Below are positions 50,141 through 60,817 of a stretch of 64,000 bases of DNA, piece by piece. How positions within the stretch are numbered: the stretch's first letter is position 1; each line of letters starts with the position of its first letter. The stretch comes from Spirochaetia bacterium. Its GTDB lineage: Bacteria > Spirochaetota > Spirochaetia > SZUA-6 > Bin103. The notes under the pieces are model-generated. The model saw only the letters and a program-made list of their open reading frames with translations, was not told where the DNA came from and did not search any database. The DNA is taken from NCBI GenBank assembly GCA_965208575.1, contig CBDBOV010000006.1, forward strand, positions 1,568,001 to 1,632,000. Reading direction: 5' to 3'. Both the position numbers and the translations under genes were made by a program.

Positions 50141-51451
50141 TTACAGGTCCAGGGTGCCGGTGGGGGTGAAGGGGAGGGGGCGGGCGGGGCCGGTGACGGC
50201 GGCGCCTGCGCGGGCGGCGACCTCGGCGGCCATGTTGGCGGATACCTGCAGGCGGTCGAGGGACAGGGTGTCGCGGACCCAGGCCAGGCGGACCGCGGCG
50301 GGGTCGGGGATGGTGGCGGTGCGGATGGCGGCCTGGATGGCGAGCCGGTCGTCCGGCATCACCATCGGGATCTTGACCGCCGCGGTGGCGGTGGAGGTGA
50401 GCGCGTTGGGGTAGGTCTCGGCGAACGAGAACTTGGCGAACAGTCGCTCGGTGGTGACGTCGACCACGCCGATGCCGTTGACGTTGCCGCCGGTGAGCGG
50501 GGTAGTGTCCAGCGCCACGATGCGGGTGATGTCGGGCCCGCCGCTGGCGTACGGCGTGGTGTAGCGGCCGACCACGTTGCAGTCCAGGCCGGTGCCACTG
50601 ATCTCCTTGCCGACCCGGCCCAGCACCAGCACGTCCAGTTGGTCGAACGGCAGCCGCGGGTAGCGGTCCCAGGCCAGCTTGAGGAGCGCCGGCTCCCGGT
50701 CGGGAATCGTGGCCGCGGGCACCAGTTCGACGTGGTGGGTCTGGTGGCGGGCGTTCTCCACCACCGCCAGGCCGCCGGCGACGTTGCCGCGCGCAAGCAC
50801 CGCCTTGCCGACGGCGGCAATGCGGTCGGCCAACTGGCCGAAGCCGCGCGTATGGCAGGTCTCGGCGCCCTTCTGCTTGCCCAGGCCGATGGCCAGCATC
50901 TTGATCAGCCCGCTCTCGTAGCGTCCGCGAAACGAACTGTGCGGCTTGACCCGGCCCAGGATGAGGGTGGCGTCGGCCGCCGCCGCCAGCTTGTCGCTGA
51001 ACGCCGGCAGCCCCGGTGCCGCCTCGCCGAGCCCCACCACCTCCATCGACGCGCGGATCGGTGCGCCGACCGCCGCCTCGGTCACCCCCATCTTGGCCAG
51101 CAGTTGGGTCTGGCCATCCGCGGTGGCGCCGCCGTGGCTGCCCATCGCCGGCACCACGAACGGCTGCGCCCCGAGCCGGCGCACCGCCGCCGCCAGCAGC
51201 CGCACCAGTTCCGGCAGGTTGGCGAGGCCGCGGCTGCCCACCGCCAGCGCCACCCGGCGGCCGGGCCGCACCATGCCGGCCAGGCCGCCGTCGGCCAGTG
51301 CCGCTTCCACCGCCGCCGCCAGGTCGTGGATCGGACTGGCGGCGAAGCGCTGCTCCACCGGCACCACTTCGGGCAGCGGCACCCCGGCGAGGATGCGCTC
51401 GATCGCGGCGCCCGGCGGCGTAGCGGGGGTGGCGGGCGCTGCTGCCTTCAT
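50141..51451 (-). CDS. LarA-like (nickel-pincer racemase N-terminal domain) protein
   Basis: AVGSRG, VPAMGSHGGAT, RVKPH, ESGLIKMLAIGLGKQKGA. Confidence 0.8.
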   Translation of the reverse strand: MKAAAPATPATPPGAAIERILAGVPLPEVVPVEQRFAASPIHDLAAAVEAALADGGLAGMVRPGRRVALAVGSRGLANLPELVRLLAAAVRRLGAQPFVVPAMGSHGGATADGQTQLLAKMGVTEAAVGAPIRASMEVVGLGEAAPGLPAFSDKLAAAADATLILGRVKPHSSFRGRYESGLIKMLAIGLGKQKGAETCHTRGFGQLADRIAAVGKAVLARGNVAGGLAVVENARHQTHHVELVPAATIPDREPALLKLAWDRYPRLPFDQLDVLVLGRVGKEISGTGLDCNVVGRYTTPYASGGPDITRIVALDTTPLTGGNVNGIGVVDVTTERLFAKFSFAETYPNALTSTATAAVKIPMVMPDDRLAIQAAIRTATIPDPAAVRLAWVRDTLSLDRLQVSANMAAEVAARAGAAVTGPARPLPFTPTGTLDL

Positions 51452-51545
51452 GCCGGTGGCTCCGCTGTGCGCGGTGCTTCGCCCACGCCTGCCGAGAGCC
51501 GCGGCGGGCCGCCGGCCGGCTGGTGCCGGTCCCGCGCGCGGACGT

Positions 51546-53726
51546 TCACTGCCACGTGCGCCTCCCCACCGCCACCGCGGCGTCGGCTATCTGGTCGTCG
51601 CTGACCAGCGCGGCCAACTCCAGCGCGCGCGACACCGGGGTGGAGATGTCCAGCGAGGTGAGCACCGCGACCGGGGCGTCCAGGTGGTCGAAGAAGCGGC
51701 TCTGCACCTGCTCGGCCACGGTCGCCGCGATGCCGTGGCTGCGCGCCGCCTCTTCCACGATCAGCACGGCGCCGGTCCTGGCCAGCGACGCGCCCACGGT
51801 GGTGTAGTCCAGGTCGACGTGGTCCAGGGTCTTCAGGTCGATGACGTCGGCGCTCACGCCCTGTTCGCGCAACCGCTCCGTCAGGCCCCGGCAGCGCCCC
51901 ACCAGGTGGCCGTAGGTGACGATGGTGAGGTCGTCGCCCTGCGCAACCACCTCCGCCTGTCCGAATGGCAGGCAGTAGCCCAGGTCGCCGTCGGGCACCG
52001 GGAACGACTGCGTGTAGAGCGCGTTGTGCTCCAGCATCACCACCGGGTCGAGCGAGTGCATGGCGCTGTTGAACAGGCCGATGTAGTCCGCGCTGGTGGC
52101 CGGCGCCACGATGCGGAAGCCCGGGAACAGCCCGTACAGTCCCACCGGGTCCATCGAGTGCTGCGCGCCGTAGCCGAGGCCGGTGCCGATGCGGGTACGT
52201 ATCACCAGCGGCACGTCGGTGGTGTCGCCGTACATGTGGCGGCCCTTGCTGATCTGGTTGAACAACTGGTCGGCGGCCACCAGGGCGAAGTCGGCGAACA
52301 TGATTTCCACCACCACGCGCATGCCGAGCTGGGCGGCGCCGAAGCCGAGCCCGGCGAAGCCGCCCTCGGAGATCGGCGTGTTGATGACCCGGTCCGGGAA
52401 CCGCTCCGGCAGCCCCCTGGTGGCGCCGTAGGCGCCGCCGCCGAGGTTGGCCACCTCCTCGCCGAACACGATGGCGCGCGGGTCGCGCTCCAGCCAGCGG
52501 CCGGTGACCGCGGCGATGGCGTCAGCGTAGGTCAGCTCGCCGTTGGCCGCCAGGTCGCGCGGCGACACGAAGGTTATCCCCTGCCACTCGGAGCCGGCGC
52601 TGCGCATGCCGTCGGCAGCCGTCTCCGCCCGCGGCCACAACTCGGCGCGCACCGCCCAGGCACCGCCCGCGTCCTTGACCGCGCAGGCGTCCATCGCCGC
52701 CCGCACCGCCTGCTCGCCGGTGGTGCGGATGTGCGCTACCTGCTGCGCCGACAGGATGCCCGCCGCCTGCACGGCTTCCGGCAGCACGCGGGTCACCTCG
52801 CGGCCGGCGTATTCGGCTTCCTCGTCGCGGCTGCGGTAGCGGAACGCGCTGCCGGGCACGTCGCCGGCGTGGTGGAAGCGGCGGTAGCACTTGGCCTCGA
52901 TCATCGCCGGGCGCCCGCCGCCGCGCAGGCCCTCCGCGACGTGGCGCACCAGCCGGTAGATCGCCACCGGGTCGCTGCCGTCGACGATGTAACCGTCCAT
53001 GTCGTAGGCGGCGGCGCGCACCGACAGATCCTCCACCGCCGACGCCTCGCGCACGCTCGTGGCGACCGCGTACCCGTTGTTCTCGACGAAGCAGATCAGC
53101 GGCAGCTTCCACAACCCGGCCATGTTCAGCGCCTCGTGCAGGGCGCCCTGGTGCAGCGCGCCGTCGCCCACGAAGCCCACCACCACGCTGTCGCTGCCGG
53201 CCTGCTTCTCGGCGTACGCCGCTCCCGCCGCCAGCGGCAGCCCGCCGGCAACGATGGCGTTGGCGCCAAGAAACCCCGCCTGTGCGTAGCGCAGGTGCAT
53301 CGACCCGCCGCGCCCGCCGCAGTAGCCGGGCGCCAGCCCCATGATCTCCGCCATGGTGCGCCGCACCACCTGCAGCCCCGCCTCCGGCAGTTCCTCCGCC
53401 GCCGGGTTCCAGTCCGCCGGCAACTCGTACTGCAGCGCCTTGGCCAGGAACTGGTGATGGGAGCGGTAGGTGGCGGCGAACTTGTCGGCCGGGCGCAGCG
53501 CCGCCACCACGCCGGCGGCGGTTGCCTCCTGGCCGACGCTGGTGTGCACCGGCCCCCACACCGCGTCGCTGCCCTTCAGCTCCAGCAGCGCCAGCTCGAA
53601 GCGGTTGATCAGCAGCGCGTCGAACAGCATGCGCGCCGCGACTCCCTCCGGCAGGGCCGCCAGGTCGCCCTCCTCGGAGCGCCAGCGCTGCCAGGTGAAC
53701 GTGGGACGAAGTTCCTCTTGCCGCAT
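51546..53726 (-). CDS. Fused alpha/beta 2-oxoacid dehydrogenase E1 (ThDP-dependent)
   Basis: GRGGSMH, ThDP motif GDGA...ENN, TPISE, QHS, C-terminal transketolase-like domain. Confidence 0.9.
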   Translation of the reverse strand: MRQEELRPTFTWQRWRSEEGDLAALPEGVAARMLFDALLINRFELALLELKGSDAVWGPVHTSVGQEATAAGVVAALRPADKFAATYRSHHQFLAKALQYELPADWNPAAEELPEAGLQVVRRTMAEIMGLAPGYCGGRGGSMHLRYAQAGFLGANAIVAGGLPLAAGAAYAEKQAGSDSVVVGFVGDGALHQGALHEALNMAGLWKLPLICFVENNGYAVATSVREASAVEDLSVRAAAYDMDGYIVDGSDPVAIYRLVRHVAEGLRGGGRPAMIEAKCYRRFHHAGDVPGSAFRYRSRDEEAEYAGREVTRVLPEAVQAAGILSAQQVAHIRTTGEQAVRAAMDACAVKDAGGAWAVRAELWPRAETAADGMRSAGSEWQGITFVSPRDLAANGELTYADAIAAVTGRWLERDPRAIVFGEEVANLGGGAYGATRGLPERFPDRVINTPISEGGFAGLGFGAAQLGMRVVVEIMFADFALVAADQLFNQISKGRHMYGDTTDVPLVIRTRIGTGLGYGAQHSMDPVGLYGLFPGFRIVAPATSADYIGLFNSAMHSLDPVVMLEHNALYTQSFPVPDGDLGYCLPFGQAEVVAQGDDLTIVTYGHLVGRCRGLTERLREQGVSADVIDLKTLDHVDLDYTTVGASLARTGAVLIVEEAARSHGIAATVAEQVQSRFFDHLDAPVAVLTSLDISTPVSRALELAALVSDDQIADAAVAVGRRTWQ

Positions 53727-53743
53727 CGCGTGCTCCCGTCCCC

Positions 53744-54508
53744 CTAGTCCATGTGAAAGCCGCCGTTGACGTCGATGATCTCGCCGGTGATGTAGGCGGC
53801 GCGATCGGACGCCAGGAAGGCCACCGCGTCGGCCACGTCCTCGGCGGTACCGTAACGCCCGAACGGTATGTTGGCGGCGAAGTCGGCGTTCACCTCCTCA
53901 CCCCAGGCGCGCGTCAGGTCGGTGTCGATCGGCCCCGGCGCCACCGCGTTCACGTTCACGCCGTGGGCGGCGCCGGCCAGCGCCAGCGACTTGGTCAGGG
54001 TGATGATGCCCGCCTTGGAAGCGGAGTAGTCGGCGGGCGCCGCGACGCCGCCGATCTTGGCCGACATCGACGAGATGCTGACGATCTTGCCGTGCCCCTG
54101 GCGGCACATCGCGCGCAGCGCCTCGCGGCTGGCCAGGAAGGTGCCGCGCAGGTTGATCGCCATGGTGCGGTCCCACTGCTCGGCGCTCAGCTCCAGAATC
54201 GGGCACAGCGTGATCACACCGGCGTTGTTGACCAGGATGTCGATGCCGCCGTGGTCGCGCACCGTGGCGCCGATCAACTCCACGATCTGCTCTTCGCTCG
54301 CCACGTCGGTCTGCCGGGCGTGGCCGCGCCGTCCGAGGGCCGCCACCCGCTCGGCGGTGGCGCGCGCCGCGTCCGCATCGATGTCGCTCGGCACCACGTC
54401 GGCGCCGTCGCGCGCCAACGCCAGGCAGATCGCCCGCCCGATGCCGCGCCCGGCGCCGGTGACCACCGCCACCGGCGCTCCGCCGGCACGCTTCCGTTCG
54501 CTGCTCAC
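53744..54508 (-). CDS. Short-chain dehydrogenase/reductase (FabG-like)
   Basis: TGAGRGIG, NNAG, YSASK, VAPG. Confidence 0.92.
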   Translation of the reverse strand: MSSERKRAGGAPVAVVTGAGRGIGRAICLALARDGADVVPSDIDADAARATAERVAALGRRGHARQTDVASEEQIVELIGATVRDHGGIDILVNNAGVITLCPILELSAEQWDRTMAINLRGTFLASREALRAMCRQGHGKIVSISSMSAKIGGVAAPADYSASKAGIITLTKSLALAGAAHGVNVNAVAPGPIDTDLTRAWGEEVNADFAANIPFGRYGTAEDVADAVAFLASDRAAYITGEIIDVNGGFHMD

Positions 54509-54562
54509 CTGTCTCTCACCACTCCTTTGTCAGCCTCGCCGGCGCGATGCCGCGCACCGCGT

Positions 54563-55012
54563 TCAGCGCAGCGAGTCCGCAACCTCCCGCAACTCCACCA
54601 CCTCGCCGTCGGGGCCGCGAAAGTACACCACCCACGCCCCGGACCGAAACTCCACCGGGGCGCCGAGGAAGCTCACCCCGGCGGCGCGCAGCCGCGCCGT
54701 CTCGCCGTGGATGTCCTTCACCCGCAGGCCGAAGTGGATGTAGCCGTGATCGGCCTGCGACCGCCGCGCGGCCCCGGCCCGCCCCTCCGGCACGCGGTAC
54801 TGAAACAACTCGAGCATGAACTCGCCGAGGTACAGGTGCGCGATGTCGGCCGCGGCGCCCGCCACCCCGATCACCTTGCCGAGCGGCAGGCCCGGGTCGG
54901 CCGGCAGCCGGCGCCGCACCTCGAACCCGAACAGACCGGTATAGAACCGGATCGACCGCGCCATGTCGGCCACGCTCAGGGCCACGTGATCGGCACCGAG
55001 AATCATCGGCAA
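54563..55012 (-). CDS. VOC/glyoxalase family protein
   Basis: DHVALSV, LELFQY, HFGLRV, GPDGEVVEL. Confidence 0.9.
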   Translation of the reverse strand: MPMILGADHVALSVADMARSIRFYTGLFGFEVRRRLPADPGLPLGKVIGVAGAAADIAHLYLGEFMLELFQYRVPEGRAGAARRSQADHGYIHFGLRVKDIHGETARLRAAGVSFLGAPVEFRSGAWVVYFRGPDGEVVELREVADSLR

Positions 55013-55259
55013 TCACCGGGTGTCGCCATGCGCCGATGGTAGCCATTGTGGCGCCGGCGCTACAACGCACAAGTGTGTATTTGCCCCCGGTCAATGTCGA
55101 TACGGCCGGCAAGGCAACGCGCCGGGACCTACCCAACCACGGGCGTGGAGTGTTACGTTCACCCCCGGCGGCGCCGCGGTCGGCCGCCGTCCCCCGAATC
55201 ATGACGTTGCGCAACCTCCCCCGTCCTCAGTTCCTGGACCGCCGCCGGCGTAAGGCGGT

Positions 55260-56279
55260 GTGTGGATGATGCGGCCCCTGCGCCGGCTGCCGGCCGCGGC
55301 GGTGCGCGGCGCGGCCGTAGCCGCGGTCGCGGTGCTCGCCGGCTGCTTCCTGCTGCCCCGGGAGGAGGAGATACTGGCGCCGCCGCTGCTGGCCACGCCG
55401 GAGATCGAGTACCGCGTCATCACCGCCACGCCCGGCGTGATCGAAGACCGGGTGACGGTCGGCGGCGTATTCATCTATCCGAGCCAGTACTCGCTCAAGT
55501 TCCGCTTCCGCAGCGGTCCGCTGCGCGCCATCTACGTGGGCTACGGCGACGACGTGGAGCCGGGCCAACTGGTCGCCGACCTGGACACCGGCAGCCTGGA
55601 GCTGGAAGTGCGCCGCCAGGAGATCCGCGTGCGCAAGGCGGAGCTGGCCGCCGAACTGGCCGCGGCCCGCGATGCCGACCGCTTCGCGCGCGAGAACGCC
55701 GACCTGGACATCGAACTGGAGCAGTTGCGCCTGCAGCAGCTCCGCGAGGAACTGCGCAAGTCGCGCCTGGTGGCGCCGGTGGCCGGCGAGGTGGTGTACA
55801 TCGCCCCGCTCGGCGAGGGCGAACCGGTGGAGCCGTTCCGTACCGTGGTGCAGATCGCCGATCCGACCGAGACGCTGCTCAGCTACAACGGCCCCAAGCG
55901 ATCCGAGTTTGCCCTCGGCGCCGAGGTGAGCGTGGACATCCGCGGCGACAAGTTCCGCGGCGAGGTGGTGATGACGCCGCTCAACGTGCCGCGCGATGCG
56001 CCGGACGAGATGCGCGAACTGATCCTGATTCGCGTCGACGACCTGCCGGAGGAAGTGGAGAAGGGCGACACCGCCTCGGTGGTGCTGATCCGGGCGCGCC
56101 GCGAGGACGTCATCGTGCTGCCGCGCAACCTGGTGCAGACCTACCTGGGGCGGCGCTTCGTGTACGTGCTCAAGGACGGTCTGCGGGAAGAGCGCAACGT
56201 CGAGATCGGCATCCAGACCCCCACCCAGGTCGAGGTGGCGGGCGGACTGGAGTTGGGTGAAGAGGTGGTCGTACGCTAA
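55260..56279 (+). CDS. Efflux periplasmic adaptor (MFP) lipoprotein
   Basis: LAGC lipobox, barrel-sandwich hybrid motifs (GDDVEPGQLVA, LVAPVAGEV), coiled coil. Confidence 0.85.
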   Translation: MWMMRPLRRLPAAAVRGAAVAAVAVLAGCFLLPREEEILAPPLLATPEIEYRVITATPGVIEDRVTVGGVFIYPSQYSLKFRFRSGPLRAIYVGYGDDVEPGQLVADLDTGSLELEVRRQEIRVRKAELAAELAAARDADRFARENADLDIELEQLRLQQLREELRKSRLVAPVAGEVVYIAPLGEGEPVEPFRTVVQIADPTETLLSYNGPKRSEFALGAEVSVDIRGDKFRGEVVMTPLNVPRDAPDEMRELILIRVDDLPEEVEKGDTASVVLIRARREDVIVLPRNLVQTYLGRRFVYVLKDGLREERNVEIGIQTPTQVEVAGGLELGEEVVVR

Positions 56280-56331
56280 CGCCCCGAACCTGCCGCCTTC
56301 GGCGCCACGTCCGGCCGAGCCGGCCTGCACC

Positions 56332-59190
56332 ATGAGAGCGTCGCAATCCGCCGGTCTCATTGTCCTCGTCCTGCGCAAGATGGCCAGTCACCGCTGGCTG
56401 GTGCTGGCGCTGCTGGCCGGCTCGGTGCTCTCGGTCGGGCTGCTGGCCAGCATTCCGATCTACACCGACGGGGTGTTGCAGCGCCTGCTGACGCGCGACC
56501 TGGAGCGCTACCAGGAGCGCACCGGGCGCTACCCCGGCACCACCGCCGCCAGCTACAATTTCTACCGGCTGGTGGAAAAGCCGGCCGCCAAGGCGCCCTT
56601 CCACGACGCGCTCGAGGGAGAGATTCTCACCCGGCTGGTTCCCGCCCTCGGCGTCCCGGTGGCCGCGCAGATGAAGCGCATGACGCTCGATTACCTGTAC
56701 GACGTGCGCCCGCAGCCGGAGGAGAGCCGCGTCGAGTCGGTGAAGAAGTTCAGCCGCGTGGAGGCGATGCAGCACCTGCCCGATCACGTCGACCTCCTGC
56801 ACGGGCGGATGTATGACCCGGAGCCGGTCGACGGAGTGTACGAGGCGATCGTCACCGGCGAGGCGATGCAGGACCTGCAACTGATCCTGGGCCGCACCTA
56901 CCTGCTGTACGACCTGCTCACCGAACAGCCGCGCCTCACGGTGAAGGTGGTGGGCGTATTCGCCAAGAACGATCCGAGCGACCTGTACTGGTTCCGGCGC
57001 TTCACGTCGCTGTCGGAGAGCTTTCTCATCGACTACGACACCTTTCTGCGCGACTTCCTGTACCAGCCGACCCGCAACCTGACCCATGGATCCTGGTACT
57101 TCGCCCTCGACTACCACCGGATCACCATCGACAACGTGCCCAACCTGCTGCGCCGCTACGACGAGTACCGGCGCGCCTCCGCGGAGCGCCGCGTCGAGCT
57201 GGACTTCGGCATCGCCGCGCTGCTCGAGGACTACAACCGCCGCGCGGCCGTGCTGAAGATCACCCTGTCGTTCCTGCACGTGCCGATCGTGCTGGTGCTG
57301 GCGTTCTTCATGTACATGGTGTCGCAGTTGATCGTCGAGGGCGACCTGGCCGAGATCGCCGTGCTGGAGAGCCGCGGCGCGGCCGGCAACCAGGTGTTCA
57401 CCGTCTACCTGCTGCAGAGCCTGCTGCTCGCGGCCGCCGCGCTGGCGCTCGGGCCGCCGCTGGCGCTGGTTATCGTGCGCTTCCTGGGCGCCGCCAACGG
57501 GTTCCTGGAATTCGTCGGCCGTACCGCGCTGAGCGCCGAAATCGGCCTGCGCGCCTATTGGTTCGCCCTGGCCGGGGCGGCGATCTTTCTCGCCGCCACG
57601 CTGCTGCCGGCCAGCCGCGCCGCGCGCACCTCGATCGTGGAGTTGCGCGGGCGCGGCGCCCGTACCCGGCGCTACACGTTCTGGCGCCGCTTCTATCTCG
57701 ACCTGGTGCTGATCGCCATCGCCGTGTACGGGCTGATCCAGTTCCAGCAGCGCCGCGAGATCCTGCTGCTCACGGCCGCCACCGGGTCCGACCTGCCGCT
57801 CGATCCGCTGCTGTTCCTGACCTCGGTGCTGTTCATCCTCGGTTGCGCCATGCTCGCCCTGCGCCTGTTCCCGCACCTGGTGCGCGCGCTGTTCGGGGTC
57901 GCCCGGCGGCGCTGGTCGCCGCCGCTGTACGCGGCCTTCATCCAGGTGGCGCGCGCCCGCGGCCACGAGCAGTTCCTGATGGTGTTCCTGATCCTCACGC
58001 TGGCCCTCGGCATCTACAACAGCAGTGCCGCGCGCACCGTGAACCGCAACATCGAGGAGCGCATCTACTACGCCGCCGGCGCCGACCTCACCATGCAACC
58101 CTACTTCCCGAGCGACCAGCCGCCGGAGGGCGCCGGCGGTATGCCGGGCGAGCCCGTGGCGGTCAGTTCGCCGGTGGTGCAGTACCGGGAGCCGCCCTAT
58201 CACCCGTATACCCAGATCGCTGGCCTCGAGAGCACCACCCGGGTGCTGCGCCAGGCGCGCGCGCAGGTGTCGCTGCCCGGCAACCGGCGCACCATGTCGG
58301 CGCTGATGGCGATCACCCCGGAAGAGTTCGGGCGCGTGGCGTGGTTCCGCTCCGACCTGCTGCCGGCGCACTGGCACCACTACCTGAACCGGCTGGCGGC
58401 GGACCCGAAGGCGATGCTGCTGTCCTCCTCGATTGCCGAGGAGTTCGAACTGAAGCTCGGCGACACCATACTGGTCACCTGGTCGAGCCAGGACGTGGTG
58501 GACGGGGTGGTGGTCGGCTTCATCGATCACTGGCCCACCTTCGTGCCGGTCGACGAACGCACCCCGCCGCGGCTGGTGGTGGCCAACTTCCCCTACATAC
58601 GCGCCAAGATGGCGACCGAGCCGTACGAGATCTGGGCCAAGCGGGAGCCGCGCAGCAGTACCGCCGAAGTCTACCGGGAGATCGAGGAGCGGGAGCTGGA
58701 CATCCTCAGCATGCACGACGCGACCCAGGAGGTGGTGGCGGCCAAGAACGATCCGCTGCTGCAGGGCACCAATGGGGTGCTGACGCTCGGCTTCTCGGTG
58801 GCCATGCTGATCAGCGTCGTCGGCTTCGTGATGTACTGGGTGCTGACGCTGCGCTCGCGCACGCTGCAATTCGGGGTGTTGCGCGCCATCGGCATGTCGG
58901 CCCGGCGCGTGCTGGCGATGCTGGTGACGGAGCAGATCCTGATTACCGGTTCGGCGATCGTCGCCGGCATGGTGATCGGGCGGGTGGCGGCGCTGTTGTT
59001 CGTACCGCTGCTGCAGGTGGTGTACGCCGCCGCCGACCAGGTGCCCGCGTTCCGGGTGGCCAGCGAGCGCGGCGACTTCATCCGCATCTACGTGGTGGCG
59101 GCGGCACTGCTGGTGCTCGGCGGGGTGCTGTTCCGCGCTCTGCTCGCGCGCCTGGACATCCAGCAGGCGCTCAAGTTGGGAGAAGAGTGA
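56332..59190 (+). CDS. FtsX/MacB-type ABC permease (duplicated)
   Basis: EIAVLESRGA and FGVLRAIGMS FtsX motifs; many TM segments. Confidence 0.88.
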   Translation: MRASQSAGLIVLVLRKMASHRWLVLALLAGSVLSVGLLASIPIYTDGVLQRLLTRDLERYQERTGRYPGTTAASYNFYRLVEKPAAKAPFHDALEGEILTRLVPALGVPVAAQMKRMTLDYLYDVRPQPEESRVESVKKFSRVEAMQHLPDHVDLLHGRMYDPEPVDGVYEAIVTGEAMQDLQLILGRTYLLYDLLTEQPRLTVKVVGVFAKNDPSDLYWFRRFTSLSESFLIDYDTFLRDFLYQPTRNLTHGSWYFALDYHRITIDNVPNLLRRYDEYRRASAERRVELDFGIAALLEDYNRRAAVLKITLSFLHVPIVLVLAFFMYMVSQLIVEGDLAEIAVLESRGAAGNQVFTVYLLQSLLLAAAALALGPPLALVIVRFLGAANGFLEFVGRTALSAEIGLRAYWFALAGAAIFLAATLLPASRAARTSIVELRGRGARTRRYTFWRRFYLDLVLIAIAVYGLIQFQQRREILLLTAATGSDLPLDPLLFLTSVLFILGCAMLALRLFPHLVRALFGVARRRWSPPLYAAFIQVARARGHEQFLMVFLILTLALGIYNSSAARTVNRNIEERIYYAAGADLTMQPYFPSDQPPEGAGGMPGEPVAVSSPVVQYREPPYHPYTQIAGLESTTRVLRQARAQVSLPGNRRTMSALMAITPEEFGRVAWFRSDLLPAHWHHYLNRLAADPKAMLLSSSIAEEFELKLGDTILVTWSSQDVVDGVVVGFIDHWPTFVPVDERTPPRLVVANFPYIRAKMATEPYEIWAKREPRSSTAEVYREIEERELDILSMHDATQEVVAAKNDPLLQGTNGVLTLGFSVAMLISVVGFVMYWVLTLRSRTLQFGVLRAIGMSARRVLAMLVTEQILITGSAIVAGMVIGRVAALLFVPLLQVVYAAADQVPAFRVASERGDFIRIYVVAAALLVLGGVLFRALLARLDIQQALKLGEE

Positions 59191-59912
59191 ACTCCGCGCC
59201 GTCGCTGCATTCGCCGTTCGTGCTCAGCGCCGCCGCCCTGAGCCGCTCATTCCAGGTCGCCGGCACCACCGTGCATGCGTTGCGCGAGGTGAGCGTGCGC
59301 GTGCCGCGGTCACGGCTGACCATCCTGCAGGGGCCGTCCGGATCGGGCAAGACGACGCTGATCAACATCCTCGGCGCCCTCGACTACCCCACCGGCGGCC
59401 GGGTGGAGTTCGAGCACCTGGACATCGTCGGCCTGAGCGACCAGGAGCGTGATGACCTGCGCCGGGTACGCATGGGCTTCGTGTTTCAATCGGTGGCGCT
59501 GATCGGGGTGATGTCGGCGTTCGAGAACGTCGACTTCGCGCTGCGCGTGGCCGGCTACGACGACGCGCAGCGCGAGCGGCGTGCCCGCGACTGCCTGTCC
59601 CTGGTCGGGTTGCGCGGGCGCATGGACCACCGGCCGGGTGAGCTGTCCGGCGGCGAGCAGCAGCGGGTGGCCATCGCGCGCGCCATAGCGCATGAGCCCA
59701 CCCTGCTGTTCGCGGACGAGCCCACGGCGGAGCTGGACACGCACACCGGGCTGCAGGTGATGGCGCTGGTGCGGCGCCTGGTGCGGGAGCACGGCGTGAC
59801 GGTGGTGATGAGCAGCCACGACCCCTATATCGTCGAGTTGGCCGATCAACTGGTGCAACTGGAGGATGGCCGCCTGGTGCAGCGCACCGGCCGTGAGGGA
59901 TCGCCGCCGTGA
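59187..59912 (+). CDS. ABC ATP-binding protein (LolD/MacB-like)
   Basis: [24 protein letters not shown]. Confidence 0.92.
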   Translation: MNSAPSLHSPFVLSAAALSRSFQVAGTTVHALREVSVRVPRSRLTILQGPSGSGKTTLINILGALDYPTGGRVEFEHLDIVGLSDQERDDLRRVRMGFVFQSVALIGVMSAFENVDFALRVAGYDDAQRERRARDCLSLVGLRGRMDHRPGELSGGEQQRVAIARAIAHEPTLLFADEPTAELDTHTGLQVMALVRRLVREHGVTVVMSSHDPYIVELADQLVQLEDGRLVQRTGREGSPP

Positions 59913-60817
59913 CCAACATGATCAGCGCGGAAAACCTGGTGCGCATCTACAAGACCGCCGAGTTCGAGGTGATCGCCTTGCAGGGCCTGGACCTGGAGGT
60001 GGCGAACGGCGAGCTGATGGCGATCATCGGCAACAGCGGCAGCGGCAAGAGCACGCTGCTCAATGTGATCGGCGGTCTCGACCTGCCCTCCGCCGGCAGA
60101 ATCACGGTGGCCGATCGCGACCTGTTGAAGCTGTCCCGGCTGGAGCTGCTGCGCTACCGGCGGGAGAAGGTGGGCTTCGTATGGCAGAGCAGCGCGCGCA
60201 ACCTGATCCCCTACCTGTCGGCGGTGCAGAACGTAGAGGTGCCGATGCTGCTTACCGGGCGCGGCGAGCGCCGGCGGCGGGCGCAGGAGCTGCTGGCCAT
60301 GGTGGGCATGGCGCAGCGCGCCCACAACCGGCCGAGCCAGCTCTCCGGCGGTGAGCAGCAACGCGTGGCGATCGCCATCGCGCTGGCCAACGCGCCGCCG
60401 CTGGTGCTGGCCGACGAACCCACCGGCAGCGTCGACGGAGCCACCGCGTCGACGGTGCTGGGCGTGCTGCGCAAGATCAACCAGGAATTGGGCGTGACCG
60501 TGGTGATCGTGACCCACGACCGGCGCATCGCCCAGCAGGTGGACCGGGTGGTGGCCATTCGCGACGGGCGCACCTCCAGCGAGTTCATCCGCCGCGGCAC
60601 CTACACGAGCGAGATCAGCGAAATCACCCAGCTTGCCGCCCACATGGAAGAGGCGGACACGCACCAGGAACTGGCGGTGGTGGACCGCGCCGGGCGGCTG
60701 CAGGTGCCGGGCGACTACCTGCGGGCGCTGGGCGTGGACGGCCGCGACCGGCTGCAGGTGGAGCTGGAGGATGACCGCATCGTGCTGCGCCGCCCCACGG
60801 AGGATACCGATGAGTGA
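59909..60817 (+). CDS. ABC ATP-binding protein with a C-terminal AbrB-like domain
   Basis: [16 protein letters not shown], then [19 protein letters not shown]...DRIVLR. Confidence 0.9.
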   Translation: MTNMISAENLVRIYKTAEFEVIALQGLDLEVANGELMAIIGNSGSGKSTLLNVIGGLDLPSAGRITVADRDLLKLSRLELLRYRREKVGFVWQSSARNLIPYLSAVQNVEVPMLLTGRGERRRRAQELLAMVGMAQRAHNRPSQLSGGEQQRVAIAIALANAPPLVLADEPTGSVDGATASTVLGVLRKINQELGVTVVIVTHDRRIAQQVDRVVAIRDGRTSSEFIRRGTYTSEISEITQLAAHMEEADTHQELAVVDRAGRLQVPGDYLRALGVDGRDRLQVELEDDRIVLRRPTEDTDE

